A DNA stretch of 64,000 nucleotides from Nostoc sp. DedSLP01 (GTDB lineage Bacteria > Cyanobacteriota > Cyanobacteriia > Cyanobacteriales > Nostocaceae): assembly GCA_034530875.2 (NCBI GenBank), contig JAVRCJ020000004.1, positions 128,001 to 192,000 on the forward strand, written 5' to 3'. Shown here piece by piece: positions 10,575 to 21,875 of this stretch. The position numbers and the translations under genes are program-made. The notes below the pieces were generated by a model. It did no database searches. It had not been told where the DNA came from and saw only the letters and a program-made list of their open reading frames with translations. Every line of letters starts with the position of its first letter. Position 1 is the first letter of the stretch.

Positions 10575-10897
10575 TTTTTCTTTCTGAATATAAATTAAGA
10601 TAAAACTATAAAATTAACTTAATTGTAATATTGTGCTTTCTAATTTCGAGGAATTATCTATTCTACAAATTATCCTCGATATTAACGATGAATTAAATTA
10701 CATTATTTCGCACTTAAGACAACTAATACAGTATGGTATTTGTCGTTAAACATCCCTTGCTGAGAATGAAAAAACAAGCTTCCATTCTTCAATAGATGCT
10801 TTGTATATTTAATTATTTTTGTCAATGTATGACTTGCCATTTGTGCTAAATTAATAATTTGATTTATAGTAATAAGCAAATGTTAAGGAGACAGTGC

Positions 10898-11048
10898 ATG
10901 ATGAAAGGTTAAACAGCAAACGTCACAATTTTAATGGCTGATAAGGATCGAGACTCTAGGAAAAGACTGAGTTGAAATTGTGCAACTGCCAGCAGCAGCA
11001 ATGGGAAATAACTATGGACAACAGCCCCATCAAAGTTCTGTTCATTGA
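10898..11048 (+). pseudogene. Internally deleted single-domain response regulator
   Basis: AAGGAG RBS, then MMKG*TANVTILMADKD (REC beta1). In another frame EIVQLPAAAMGNNYGQQPHQSSVH* (REC C-terminus) overlaps the next gene start. Middle of the domain is missing. Confidence 0.65.
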
Positions 11049-12903
11049 TGATGACGAAGATGACTATATTTTGATTCGTTATTGGTTCAGTGAGTTCCAA
11101 GTAGCACAGTGCGATCTCCAATGGGTAAATCGTTATGAAACAGCCAGGAATGTCATGCAAAGCCAACAACATGACATTTATCTTGTAGATTACCGTTTGG
11201 GAGCGCACAATGGGCTAGAATTATTGCGTGAAGCAATTGCCAACGGCTGCTATTGTCCGATAATTTTACTCACTGGTCAGGGTGACAGGGAAATAGACCT
11301 AGAAGCGATGAAAGCTGGTGCAGCAGATTATCTGGAAAAAAGCCAATTAAATGCACCTTTGTTAGAGCGTTCTATTCGCTACGCCATCGAACGCAAACAA
11401 ACAGAACAAAAAATTCGCGAACAAGCCGCTTTACTAGATGTTGCGACCGACGCAATTTTTGTGCGCGATTTAGACGATAAAATTCTATTTTGGAACAAAG
11501 CCGCCGAAAATTTATATGGTTGGAAAAAAGAGGAAGCAATTAATAAAAAGGCACGATTTCTTTGGCAAGAAAAACAATTGACTCAAGTTCAAGAGGCGCT
11601 CAGTATTTTGATGAAAAACAATTCTTGGGAAGGAGAGTTACAGCAAAAGACAAAATTAGGTCAAGAAATTGTCGTTGAAAGCCGTTGGACATTGGTGCGT
11701 GAATTCAATAAGCAAAGACAAACTATCCTCGTTGTTAACACTGATATTACACAAAAAAAGCAACTAGAAGCTCAATTTCTCCGCGCCCAGAGATTGGAAA
11801 GTATTGGCACATTAGCCAGCGGTATCGCTCACGATTTAAATAATGTTCTGGCACCGATTTTAATGACATCTCAACTTTTAGAAGCACAAGCTCAAGACAG
11901 GCGTTCTCTCCAACTACTACCAATCTTAACTGCTAATGCTAAACGAGGGGCAAACTTAGTCAAACAAGTATTATCGTTTGCTCGTGGGTTAGAAGGCGAT
12001 CGCACTATCTTACAATTAAAGCATTTAATAATAGAAATTCAGCAAATTATTAAAGAAACTTTTCCTAAATCCATAGAAGTTTTTACCCAAATTCCCCAAA
12101 ATCTTTGGATTGTATCTGGCGATGCTACTCAACTGCATCAAGTACTGATGAATCTGTGCGTTAACGCTCGTGATGCGATGCCTAATGGTGGAACTTTAAT
12201 AATATCTGCCGAGAATCTTTTGATTGATGAAAATTTTACCAAAATGCATATTGATGCTAAGGTTGGTCACCACGTTGTAATTACTGTTGCAGATGAGGGA
12301 ATTGGGATTCAACCAGAAATATTAGATCGGATATTTGAGCCATTTTTTACTACTAAAGAAGTTGGTAAGGGTACTGGTCTTGGGCTTTCGACAGTACTTG
12401 GCATTATTAAAAGCCACGGCGGTTTTATCAACGTCGATAGTGAAGTAGGAAAAGGCAGCCAATTTAACGTATATTTACCAGCCCAAGATGCAACGGAGAC
12501 TATAGAAGACCAACAGCAAGAATTACCTCCAGGTCAAGGAGAATTAATTTTAATTGTAGATGACGAAGCAGCCATTCGAGATGTCACAAAAACATCTCTC
12601 GAAAGTCATAATTATAAAGCCATTACAGCGAGCGATGGCATAGAAGCTATAGCCTTATATGCAGAAAACCGAGAGCAAATATCTCTTGTATTAACTGATT
12701 TGCTCATGCCATCTATGGATGGGATAACTACCATCCGCACCCTGCAAAAAATTAATCCAGATGTGAAAATTATTGCTGTTAGCGGACTCAATTCAGCAGA
12801 TAAAATAGATGCAGCTTATGGCATAGGTATCAAAGCGTTTTTGTCTAAACCCTATACAGCTAATCAATTATTACAAACTATTAGTACAGTTAAAAAAAGT
12901 TAG
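11014..12903 (+). CDS. Hybrid histidine kinase REC-PAS-HisKA-HATPase-REC
   Basis: Likely start MDNSPIKVLFIDDDEDD; GIAHDLNN H-box; [19 protein letters not shown]-terminal REC. Confidence 0.93.
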   Translation: MDNSPIKVLFIDDDEDDYILIRYWFSEFQVAQCDLQWVNRYETARNVMQSQQHDIYLVDYRLGAHNGLELLREAIANGCYCPIILLTGQGDREIDLEAMKAGAADYLEKSQLNAPLLERSIRYAIERKQTEQKIREQAALLDVATDAIFVRDLDDKILFWNKAAENLYGWKKEEAINKKARFLWQEKQLTQVQEALSILMKNNSWEGELQQKTKLGQEIVVESRWTLVREFNKQRQTILVVNTDITQKKQLEAQFLRAQRLESIGTLASGIAHDLNNVLAPILMTSQLLEAQAQDRRSLQLLPILTANAKRGANLVKQVLSFARGLEGDRTILQLKHLIIEIQQIIKETFPKSIEVFTQIPQNLWIVSGDATQLHQVLMNLCVNARDAMPNGGTLIISAENLLIDENFTKMHIDAKVGHHVVITVADEGIGIQPEILDRIFEPFFTTKEVGKGTGLGLSTVLGIIKSHGGFINVDSEVGKGSQFNVYLPAQDATETIEDQQQELPPGQGELILIVDDEAAIRDVTKTSLESHNYKAITASDGIEAIALYAENREQISLVLTDLLMPSMDGITTIRTLQKINPDVKIIAVSGLNSADKIDAAYGIGIKAFLSKPYTANQLLQTISTVKKS

Positions 12904-12986
12904 GATTGGTATGGGGCATTAGGCGTTCTTGAGATTCCCGAGTTCTTTAAGAAGTCAGGAATATTGTTGTTCGCTAAAAAATTAAC

Positions 12987-13125
12987 TGATATCAAGTTCG
13001 CTTAATTACTTATAAATCCTGAAACACCCCACCCGCCTTACGGCACTCTCCCCTTAGCAAGGGGAGGGTTGGGGAGGGGTAACGCGAGGACTGCAATCAT
13101 AACTAATCATCCGAATTTGATATGA
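12987..13125. mobile_element. MITE-like element with ~27-bp imperfect terminal inverted repeats and internal CTCCCCTTAGCAAGGGGAG hairpin
   Basis: TGATATCAAGTTCGCTTAATTACTTAT ... ATAACTAATCATCCGAATTTGATATGA. Confidence 0.7.
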
Positions 13126-13192
13126 TTTATCAATCAACTAATTAATCGAGATTGAGAGTTATAATTTAGTAATTCCTAACTCCCCACTCTCC

Positions 13193-13576
13193 ATGACCAA
13201 GGATGAAGTTTTAGCTACTAATACAGCTTTTTATCGAGCTTTTGAAAGAAAAGATATTGAAGCCATGAGTGCAATATGGTCGCAAGGAACTGGTAGTTTT
13301 TGCATTCATCCTGGAAGTAATGTCCTGCAAGGTTGGAAAGAGATTCGTACCTCTTGGGAGCAGATATTTAAAAACACCGCTTACATTGAAATTAATACAG
13401 ATATAATTGCTACAGAATTTACCGATCGTATTGCTTATGTCGTGTTGAGAGAAAATGTGTTTCAAGTCGTAGGTTCGAGAAGACTTGAAGCACAATCAAC
13501 CGCCACAAATGTATTTCAGCTTTTCGGTGGTAAGTGGTATTTAGTTCATCATCACGGGAGTCCGATTTTGCGGTGA
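13193..13576 (+). CDS. SnoaL-like/NTF2 family protein
   Basis: NTAFYRAFE, CIHPG, ATNVF, WYLVHHHGSP. Confidence 0.88.
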   Translation: MTKDEVLATNTAFYRAFERKDIEAMSAIWSQGTGSFCIHPGSNVLQGWKEIRTSWEQIFKNTAYIEINTDIIATEFTDRIAYVVLRENVFQVVGSRRLEAQSTATNVFQLFGGKWYLVHHHGSPILR

Positions 13577-13695
13577 GTGTGTGAGGGAGACGCGGGGAGA
13601 TAGGGAGATGGGGAGGATGAGGGGGAGAGGAACTAGGGGAGATAGAGGAAGCAGGCAAAACTAATGACCAATGACTGATGACCAATGACCAATGA
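13577..13695. repeat. Short tandem repeats (GGGGAGA-type and AATGACC STRR)
   Basis: Directly visible heptamer/nonamer repeats between convergent genes. Confidence 0.85.
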
Positions 13696-14232
13696 CTAAT
13701 TTCCCATTAACTCCACTGCATCTCGTCCATCGATATCTTGTAAATAAACTTTGACAATTTCTTCTTTAGCAGTAGGCAACTGCTTGCCAATAAAATCTGG
13801 GTGAATTGGTAACTCACGATGACCTCTGTCTACCAACACAGCTAAACGAATTACCTCTGGCCTTCCGTACTCATTTACAGCATTCAAAGCAGCGCGAATA
13901 GTCCGCCCTTTGAAAATCACATCATCCACGAGTACAACAGTTTTTCCAGTCAAGTCAAAAGGAATCTCGCTTTTGGCTGGAGTTCGCAAACCAATTTGGT
14001 CAAGGTCATCTCGATAAAATGTAATATCTAAAGCACCAACCGAAACCGCTACACCTTCGAGAGTTTCAATCTGACGCGCCAATAATTGTGCTAATAACGC
14101 GCCCCTAGTGTATATACCAAGAAGCACCAATTGCGACAAATCGCGCGACCTTTCGACAATTTGAGAGGCAAGGCGAGTCAAAGTACGACGAATTTCTTCT
14201 GATGAGAGGATTTCAACTACTTTTGCAGACAT
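13696..14232 (-). CDS. pyrR: Pyrimidine regulatory protein/uracil phosphoribosyltransferase PyrR
   Basis: [35 protein letters not shown]; true start MSAKVV (longer ORF runs into STRR). Confidence 0.96.
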   Translation of the reverse strand: MSAKVVEILSSEEIRRTLTRLASQIVERSRDLSQLVLLGIYTRGALLAQLLARQIETLEGVAVSVGALDITFYRDDLDQIGLRTPAKSEIPFDLTGKTVVLVDDVIFKGRTIRAALNAVNEYGRPEVIRLAVLVDRGHRELPIHPDFIGKQLPTAKEEIVKVYLQDIDGRDAVELMGN

Positions 14233-14297
14233 AGTTATTTTTGAGGGTGTGGGGAGGTGGGGAGATGGGGAGTGGGGAGATGAGGGGAATAACTGAA

Positions 14298-15275
14298 TTA
14301 ATGCCCCATGCCCCATGCCCTAATTAACAAGATAGCGATTGCTATTCCTAACCATAGTAAAAAACAATAGCGCGTCAGTTGCAAAGCTTTGTGAATAGAT
14401 ATTGGAGTAATCGGATAAATGGCATTTCCTAATAATGGTTTGTCTTTAGCTACCCCACGATACCAATTTGTACCGCCCATCTGGACGTCTAAAATAGCAG
14501 CATAAGCACACTCACTCCAGCCGGAATTCGGACTAGGATCTTTAATTGCATCCCGGCTACAAATTCGCCAAACATGCATCGGTTTACTCGATAATAATGC
14601 CAAAGTTATAATTGTTAAGCGACAAGGTAGCCAAGTCAAACAATCTTCCAACCGCGCACTAAACCATCCTAAATAAGTATAAGGTGCTTCCCGATAACCA
14701 ACCATTGAATCAAGGGTACTGCTAGCTTTGTATGCTAAAGCTAAAGGAATTGACCCCACAACTGGGATAAAGCTACCAATAATTGCATAAAAAAGTGGAG
14801 CTATTACTCCATCAGTAGCATTTTCTGTAACTGTTTCTAAAACGGCTCGTAAAATTTCTGCTTCTGTGAGATTTTGTGTATCTCGACCAACATAATTACT
14901 TAAAATCTGACGCGCTTGTTCTAAGTCTCCTGCTGTTAAAGGTTGTAAAACAGCTACCGCTGCTGTTCGCAAACTTCTACCAGCAAAACAACTAGCTAAA
15001 AGAATACTTTCTAAAATAATTCCCAATAGCGGATGCACCCATCTAGCAATTTGAATCAGTAAAAAGCCGATAATACCGCTACCAGTTATCAGGATCGTAG
15101 CTAGCATAATCCCAGCTAGCCGCTGCGTTAAAGGATTGTGACACAATTGCAGAGAAAATTTAGTCAACCGAGAAATTACCCACCCCATAAATTGTACGGG
15201 ATGAGGCCAACCCCAAGGATCGCCTATTAAGTAATCTAAAAGTGCAGCAATCATTAAAACAAGAGTAGATATCAT
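14298..15275 (-). CDS. cbiB: Adenosylcobinamide-phosphate synthase CbiB/CobD
   Basis: [35 protein letters not shown]. Confidence 0.95.
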   Translation of the reverse strand: MISTLVLMIAALLDYLIGDPWGWPHPVQFMGWVISRLTKFSLQLCHNPLTQRLAGIMLATILITGSGIIGFLLIQIARWVHPLLGIILESILLASCFAGRSLRTAAVAVLQPLTAGDLEQARQILSNYVGRDTQNLTEAEILRAVLETVTENATDGVIAPLFYAIIGSFIPVVGSIPLALAYKASSTLDSMVGYREAPYTYLGWFSARLEDCLTWLPCRLTIITLALLSSKPMHVWRICSRDAIKDPSPNSGWSECAYAAILDVQMGGTNWYRGVAKDKPLLGNAIYPITPISIHKALQLTRYCFLLWLGIAIAILLIRAWGMGH

Positions 15276-15343
15276 TTATCGGAAGTCATTAGTCATTAGT
15301 CATTAGTCAACAATGCCCCATGCCCCATACCAATAGTTAATGA

Positions 15344-15787
15344 CTAAACCACAAAACTAGCTTCTTGTCCAAGAGAAGCTTGCCAACTGCGAGCATCATA
15401 ATAAAGGTCTGCCAGAGTAATACTATACAAAGCTTCTTTAAGCTTTTGATTGAGCCTTTGCCAAAGGGTAAATGTTACCCAATCTTCAGCTTGTATAGGT
15501 TGTGGAGTGTGATGCGGTAAATAAGTAATCGTCTCGCCGACTGCTTCTAAAATTTGTCCGATAGATATTTGTGCGGGTTCTCTGGCCAATTGGTATCCGC
15601 CGATGCTACCACGAATTGATTTCACTAACCCAGCACGGCGTATTTCTATTAGTAGTTTTTCGAGGTAAGGAGCTGGGATATCTTGGCGTTTAGCGATCGC
15701 TTTTACGGATACAGGACCATATTTTGGCTGTAAACTTAAATCTAGCAACGCTTTTACACTGTAATGTCCTTTGGTAGTTAGTTTCAT
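15344..15787 (-). CDS. Rrf2 family transcriptional regulator (no Cys cluster ligands)
   Basis: MKLTTKGHYSVKAL, YLEKLL, GLVKSIRGSIGGYQLAR. Confidence 0.92.
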   Translation of the reverse strand: MKLTTKGHYSVKALLDLSLQPKYGPVSVKAIAKRQDIPAPYLEKLLIEIRRAGLVKSIRGSIGGYQLAREPAQISIGQILEAVGETITYLPHHTPQPIQAEDWVTFTLWQRLNQKLKEALYSITLADLYYDARSWQASLGQEASFVV

Positions 15788-16525
15788 TGTTGTTTGTAGT
15801 TTGTCCTTTGTCAGCATTCGTCTGTTACAAAGTTATGATGGCCGCAAACCTCTCTAAGAGACCATTTGCTTCCCGCAAGACACTTCATGGTTTCTCATTT
15901 ATTTAGGTCAATGACTAACGACTAAGCCCAAAGTTACTATCGGAGGTTTCCTCGGATGAGAACTTTGTAACAGAGGACTAATAGACCTGCCTTGAAAATA
16001 GGGACTCTTTACTGGGGACTGGTGACTAGGAAAGAAATATTTTCATTGCTTTGTTGTAAATTGTGTTCGTGGAGTAAGAGTGCAAAACTATTTTTGCAAC
16101 ACGGTAAAGCCAAAAGGTTAAAGAGTAAGGGTTTTTTTCTTAACCTTTTCCCCTTTACCCCTTACGATTTTCTGCACTTGTGCAACAAGTCTAATGACCA
16201 AAGATCAGTTTTGCTTATCATTGGTGTAACTCAGTTATCATCTTCAGCAACAAGACAACCTTTTGATGGTTAGTTTAGAAAACTTAAACAAGTATAGTCT
16301 AGCAGTAATTCAAAAACTACATATATATAGTTATCAGCATTGCCAGCATTCTAAAAAATAAATTGTCTAGAAAATATTTGGTAATAACATAACAATTCTG
16401 GCTTTTAGTGTAATATACTTGGCTATGTTGAGATCAAAACTAAAGGATTATCTTCCTATTAGCTCAACCTCAGCTAAAATAAAATCGATTCCAACACTTC
16501 AAACATTCGTTTTCAACCTAAGTTG

Positions 16526-16939
16526 ATGCCTAAACAGAAAAAAATAGAACCCCTAGTCGGCGAAGAATTGCTCAAAAAAGTCAAAGAACTAGAGAACGAG
16601 AGCAAAGAAGACAAAGCCAAAAAGTGCGGCTACTATACCGTTACCAAAAACGGTATAGAGCGTGTCAATATGATGAAGTTCTTAAATGCCCTAATCGATG
16701 CTGAAGGCATTCAGTTGGACAGTACACCCAGTATTAATGGGCGTGGTGGACGCAGTGCTAGCTATAGGATTAGCGTGCAATCCAATGGGAACTTGCTCAT
16801 AGGTTCAGCTTACACAAAACAGATGAATCTCAAACCAGGAGATGAGTTTCTCATCACTTTAGGTAAAAAGCACATTCGTTTGAGACAAGTAGATCCAGAA
16901 GATAGAGAAGATGATGAAGCCTTAGAGGCTACGGCTTAA
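16526..16939 (+). CDS. calB: Cyanobacterial AbrB-like regulator cyAbrB2/CalB
   Basis: MPKQKKIEPL...GRGGRSASYRISVQSNGNLLIGSAYT...LKPGDEF, the clade-B signature as recalled. Confidence 0.88.
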   Translation: MPKQKKIEPLVGEELLKKVKELENESKEDKAKKCGYYTVTKNGIERVNMMKFLNALIDAEGIQLDSTPSINGRGGRSASYRISVQSNGNLLIGSAYTKQMNLKPGDEFLITLGKKHIRLRQVDPEDREDDEALEATA

Positions 16940-17080
16940 TAATAGTCATTAGTCAATTGTCAATAGTCAATAGTCATTTGTGACTGAAGTTACGAGCTAA
17001 GGAAAACTTAGTTCATACTTCTCGTGCGTGTGATTTGTAAAAACCAATTGACCGATCGCCAACGACCAAATGACTAATGG

Positions 17081-18985
17081 CTAATGACTAATAACTATAT
17101 CTGTTGTAGGTAAAACTGGTAAATAGTGACGCAGTGCTTTGCGCGTCACTGCTAAATTGCAGGTTAAGGCAATTTGCTCTTTTTCTAGTAAACCTAAAAT
17201 GCGATCGGGTTTGTCTCGTGCTACCACTGGTAATTGATGCAAACCTCGAACACTCATGCGGTCTAAAGCTTCAGATAAAAGTTCATCTTGCCATGCATAG
17301 AGAATTTCAGTAGTACAAATGTCTATGAGGGTTTGATTGGATAATCGATCTGAAATTTCAGTTGGTGAATTTGAGTAACTTTGCCAAAGAGTAAGGGCGC
17401 GGTTAATATCTTCAAGAGAAAGGATACCAACTAATTGCTCTGCGCGATCGATTATTAAAGCACTACGGGTGCGATCGCGGATCATTTCCACAGCAGCTTC
17501 CAGAACACTCATAGTTGCAGGTAATTTTTTTGGGCAGGGATGCATTGCATCTTCTACCAAAATTTGTTGTAAAATTTCGGTTCGTTCATCTTTCAATTCC
17601 GAAAGACCAATTTGTTGTAGATTCGAGTTAGAGTTAAAAGTCGGTTTCATTCTTTCTACTAACCAAACGCTCAAACCGACAGCTGCCATCAACGGTAAAA
17701 CAATCCGATAGTCCCGGGTTAATTCAAACAGCATTAAAATAGCCGTCAATGGTGCCCTAACACTTGCAGCCAACATTGCCGCCATTCCCACCATTGCATA
17801 AGCTGGAGGAGCTGCCATCAGGTCGCAAATTCCCGGGAATACTATAGCTAAAATTTTGGCGTAAGCCGAACCAAAAGAAGCACCGAGAAACATCGCAGGC
17901 GCAAACAAACCGCCAACAAAACCGCTACCAGCACTAATTGCTGTCATTAGTAGCTTCACTACCAACAGCACAACTAGCAGGTACAGTGAAAACTTGACAT
18001 CCTGAAGCATTGCTTCCACAGTTTCATAACCAACCCCCAGAATTTGTGGGAACTGCAAAGCCGCCAAGCCAACAATGACACCGCCAATAATTGGATGAAT
18101 TGGTTGGGGAATTTTGCCCAAAAACTGCAAGCCTGGAACCTTCCCAGCAAAGCAGGCTTTAGCCAAACGAATTGATTGAGTGTAAGTTAGAGAAATGGCG
18201 CTCGCTCCTAAACCCAACCCCAGATAAAGAGGTAATTCTAAAGGACTGCGGACTTGGTAAGCGGGTAAATCAAAAGCGGGTTGTGCCCCCAAACCAATTT
18301 GAGCAATTAAGGCTGCTACTACCGCCGCCAGCAGCACTACGCTGACAGCAGAAGTCGCAAAAGACGTAGCCCCCATTACCACCTCTAAGGCAAAAAATAC
18401 TCCAGCGATGGGAGCATTAAATCCAGCTGCTAATCCAGCAGCAGCACCAGCGCCCAACAGTAAGCGTCGTCGTTCCTGAGATACATTAAGGATCACAGAC
18501 AACAACATACCAAAATTTGCACCAATCTCTACACTTGGCCCCTCCGGTCCCAAAGAAGCACCGCTTCCTAAAGAAACAGACGCGGCTAACATTTTGGTAA
18601 CTGGTCGTAGCGGCCGCCTAATTTCTGTTTCCTGAGAAGCGGCGATGAGAGATGAAAGCCCAGGGCCAAAGTCTTGAGTACGCCAGCGCATCAAGCCAAC
18701 GATTAATCCGCCAACGGTAGGAACGCAAGCAAGAGTCCAAGCACCCCAAGCGCCAATCTGACCCATCAAATTTTCCAGCATTAAATGATGTATTAGCTGG
18801 ATCAAATAGTGAAAGGTGACTACGCCCATACCAGTGCCACCGCCAATTAAGACGGCTAAAAATAGCACAACAGTTTCTGGGGATGGTTGAAAACGGTTTA
18901 TTAAACGAGTTAAGCCAGCAGAAGGTGTGGGAAAGACAGGTTGTTCCGTTACCTTCCTCAGTTGAGTGGGAGGCAAGAAAGTCAT
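17081..18985 (-). CDS. ClC chloride channel/antiporter with CBS domains
   Basis: GPEGP, GFNAPIAG, GGLFAP motifs; two C-terminal CBS domains. Confidence 0.95.
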   Translation of the reverse strand: MTFLPPTQLRKVTEQPVFPTPSAGLTRLINRFQPSPETVVLFLAVLIGGGTGMGVVTFHYLIQLIHHLMLENLMGQIGAWGAWTLACVPTVGGLIVGLMRWRTQDFGPGLSSLIAASQETEIRRPLRPVTKMLAASVSLGSGASLGPEGPSVEIGANFGMLLSVILNVSQERRRLLLGAGAAAGLAAGFNAPIAGVFFALEVVMGATSFATSAVSVVLLAAVVAALIAQIGLGAQPAFDLPAYQVRSPLELPLYLGLGLGASAISLTYTQSIRLAKACFAGKVPGLQFLGKIPQPIHPIIGGVIVGLAALQFPQILGVGYETVEAMLQDVKFSLYLLVVLLVVKLLMTAISAGSGFVGGLFAPAMFLGASFGSAYAKILAIVFPGICDLMAAPPAYAMVGMAAMLAASVRAPLTAILMLFELTRDYRIVLPLMAAVGLSVWLVERMKPTFNSNSNLQQIGLSELKDERTEILQQILVEDAMHPCPKKLPATMSVLEAAVEMIRDRTRSALIIDRAEQLVGILSLEDINRALTLWQSYSNSPTEISDRLSNQTLIDICTTEILYAWQDELLSEALDRMSVRGLHQLPVVARDKPDRILGLLEKEQIALTCNLAVTRKALRHYLPVLPTTDIVISH

Positions 18986-19520
18986 TGAGAGGCGAGGTAA
19001 ATGTAAGAAAAAATTTAAGTTTTTATCTGTTACTTCTCATTGTGAGCCATTATTTAGCAACCAGACAAGTAGACTTTATTTGCTTGATTTACAAACGCGT
19101 TAGCAAAAAATGTCACTATGCAAATTTTTTGTGGTGAGAACTGTTAAATGGGAGACAATTATTATTTGAGGGTCAGCAATGCTTACGCTTTTTGCTAACC
19201 TATCCTGAAGGGATACAACTGAGCGTCAAAGCTTTTGTGTCTAGAAACAACAGAGTTACAGTAAGCCACAAGCATCAATGAGAAGTCATTTTCACCTAAA
19301 TCTAGCTATACTCGTGTTGCGACCATTGAGCCATCCTTGGTAGTAATAGAATCTATGTCTGATTTATCCCTGGTGTCAAATCATACCTAAGAATCAGATA
19401 AATACGACACAAGGGAACCAGGAGATAAAAAATAACAAACCTCCTCCCCTTTTGTTTGCCTACTTGTCCTCTTCGTTGACCCCAATTCAATAAATATAGC
19501 TATTCTTATAGAGCGAGTAA

Positions 19521-19904
19521 ATGAATATACACACGTTTGATAATCATTATGTTACTTGCCCAATTTGTCAAAGAAACGCCACGCCCAAACCAATTAAAAC
19601 GCGTATAGGTTTATTTTGTTGTCCCTATTGCCAAGAGAGGCTAGTAGTTTGTAAAAGCGGCCATTACGTGCGCGATCCATTTACTTGGAGACAAATAATG
19701 GTTTCTTCGTCGCTACGTCGTCAAAGCCGACCTTTGGCTAGGATTCTTAGAGATTTTGTCCTGCTTAAGCGTCCTATGGTGGCCTTTGCAGTGGGAAGTG
19801 CCATTTTTTTTAGTGCGATCGCTATTACTCAGGAAAGGACGAACCCCGATCGCCAAGTCTCTCCTACCGAGCAAATTCAAAGTCCAGGTGAAAAATCGCC
19901 TTAA
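19521..19904 (+). CDS. Hypothetical zinc-ribbon (CxxC...CxxC) protein with one TM helix
   Basis: CPIC ... CPYC; hydrophobic VAFAVGSAIFFSAIAI. Confidence 0.75.
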   Translation: MNIHTFDNHYVTCPICQRNATPKPIKTRIGLFCCPYCQERLVVCKSGHYVRDPFTWRQIMVSSSLRRQSRPLARILRDFVLLKRPMVAFAVGSAIFFSAIAITQERTNPDRQVSPTEQIQSPGEKSP

Positions 19905-19978
19905 TATGGGTTTAATTGCGGCAATTTCTCAGATTTTACTTTAATATCTCTAATTTTGCAATCGATAATCTTAATCAG

Positions 19979-20020
19979 AAAGAGCGTTCTATTTTGACCA
20001 ACAAATAGAACGCTCTTTTT
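19979..20020. terminator. Rho-independent terminator-like hairpin
   Basis: AAAGAGCGTTCTATTT-N8-AAATAGAACGCTCTTT with T run, between convergent genes. Confidence 0.75.
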
Positions 20021-20255
20021 CATATAGCTGTTGACATTATACCAATTCGCAATTAAAGAACTTAGATGCAACACGGCTTTCAAGGTTTACATTTGTATCA
20101 GATTTTTCGTGAAATAGTATTAGGGATTCGGACACCCAAATTTTAAAAAATTGCTTGTTCTGATACCGTCAGGACTTAGGCAGCGAGATTATTTGTTGAA
20201 GTCGGGAATAGGGCATAGGGGATTTTTTATTGCCCAATGCCCTGTTTAGCCCAAT

Positions 20256-21875
20256 TTACAATCGATTTGTATCTTTCGTGACTAATTTCCATTCTTCAGT
20301 TTCGTCAATTAGCTTCATTGACTCTATTTGAAGATTATTGAAAGCAGATTTATGCAGCAGGAAGTAGGGTTGGACATTGTAGTGCCAATAATATTGGAGT
20401 TCGCCAACAGAAGCGGGAATAATGGTGCGATCGCTATAATAATCTAACGAGGGACGAGAGTAGGGAAAAGATGTGTAAATCTTCTTTGTAGCTGGATTAG
20501 CCCGGACGATCATCGCGGCTACTGGTTTAACTGGATAAGCTTCAGATAATTCCCAAACCCAGTAATTTGATTTCATTAACAGTAGTAGCGAAATATAACT
20601 TCCCCAGAATAAAATCTTCAGAAATTGATTGTCGCCTCGCTCTGCCAAAATAGCTGCTAAAGTCATTGTTAAAGCTACTGCTGCAAAAATCAGCTGTAGA
20701 TCTGCTTTCGGTGTTGTGCCCCAACTAAAATAAATGCTACCCGCAGAAGCAACAACAGCTAAAATTGCCAAACCTGCCACCCAAGTCCGGGGATAAGATG
20801 ATGCTAAAGGCAAATTTTCTGTTTCTGCTAACTGAATACCAAAAGCTAATGCCAAGCTGGGATAAATCGGGAATACATACCACGGGAGTTTAATAATCAT
20901 CAAGGAAATTACTAGTAGATAAACGCCACTCCACGCTAGTACTAATTTTGCCCAGCTAAGGTTGCGATTTTCCCAAGTTAAACGTGCTGTTTGCGGTAAG
21001 AATAATAACCACGGCCATGTGTACTTAAAAAGTTCAATAATATAGTACCAAGGTGGTTCAAAACTTTTCTGTGCAAGGGTGTTAATTTGGCTTACGGATT
21101 GATTTAACAACCCGACTTGAGCAAAAGTGTAACCATAGTGAATTAGTTGGGCACCGTACCAACCAAGTACAGGTAAAATGCCAATAAAGATTGCTATCCA
21201 AAAATAGTAACAGGTGAGTAATCGTGGTGTATCCCAATATAAGAATACGATCGCGATCGCACCTAACAATAACCCCACCAGTCCTTGAGTTAGGCAAATT
21301 AACCCGAAACCGATACCAACACCAAGGCAATAACGCAAATCGCGGCGCGATCGCAATACGCACAACATCATCACCATCAAAAAACTCACTACCGCCCCAT
21401 CTAACATTGCCAAGCGTCCATGACGCACCACGGGTAGCATTGTTAGATAAATTAAGGCGCTGTAAATAGCTGCATAACGCTGGCGGAATAGTTCTCGACC
21501 AATGCAATACAGTAAAGGTACTGAAGCTGAAGTAAAAATTGCTCCAGGAAGCCGCGTAGTGAATTCGTTTTCGCCTCCTAGAGAATAAGCCCAAGCAATT
21601 AGCAAATGGATTAAAGGCGGCTTGTTATAGTATGGTTCGCCTCTTAGCGTTGGGTAAAGCCAGCGCATTGAATCTGCTGGTGCTTGCCAAATTTCTCTAG
21701 CCACCTGTGCCACAGTGCCTTCATCCCAATCTCGCAGGGGCAACCCTCCAAGATTGACGCTAAACAGTAACACTGCTGCTAACAGCAACACAACAAGCCA
21801 TACCCAATCAATCCAATTGCCAACTGTGCGATGCTGTTTTTCTAGATGACCCCAAATAAAGCTTCCTTCTTGCAT
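20256..21875 (-). CDS. ArnT/PMT (GT-C) family glycosyltransferase
   Basis: LRDWDEG, YNKPPL, RLAMLDG; many TM helices. Confidence 0.9.
   Translation of the reverse strand: MQEGSFIWGHLEKQHRTVGNWIDWVWLVVLLLAAVLLFSVNLGGLPLRDWDEGTVAQVAREIWQAPADSMRWLYPTLRGEPYYNKPPLIHLLIAWAYSLGGENEFTTRLPGAIFTSASVPLLYCIGRELFRQRYAAIYSALIYLTMLPVVRHGRLAMLDGAVVSFLMVMMLCVLRSRRDLRYCLGVGIGFGLICLTQGLVGLLLGAIAIVFLYWDTPRLLTCYYFWIAIFIGILPVLGWYGAQLIHYGYTFAQVGLLNQSVSQINTLAQKSFEPPWYYIIELFKYTWPWLLFLPQTARLTWENRNLSWAKLVLAWSGVYLLVISLMIIKLPWYVFPIYPSLALAFGIQLAETENLPLASSYPRTWVAGLAILAVVASAGSIYFSWGTTPKADLQLIFAAVALTMTLAAILAERGDNQFLKILFWGSYISLLLLMKSNYWVWELSEAYPVKPVAAMIVRANPATKKIYTSFPYSRPSLDYYSDRTIIPASVGELQYYWHYNVQPYFLLHKSAFNNLQIESMKLIDETEEWKLVTKDTNRL

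Noticed and set aside
10972..11013. TTG start giving an MKLCNCQQQQWEIT extension
   Set aside because: This stretch is the remnant of the upstream response regulator read in another frame; the REC domain begins at ATG 11014.
13419..14316. ORF 13419..13685 and the N-terminal extension of pyrR
   Set aside because: Both derive from STRR sequence; PyrR similarity starts at MSAKVV (14232).
15992..16273. 93-aa ORF upstream of calB
   Set aside because: It overlaps repeat and hairpin sequence in a divergent promoter region and shows no protein features.
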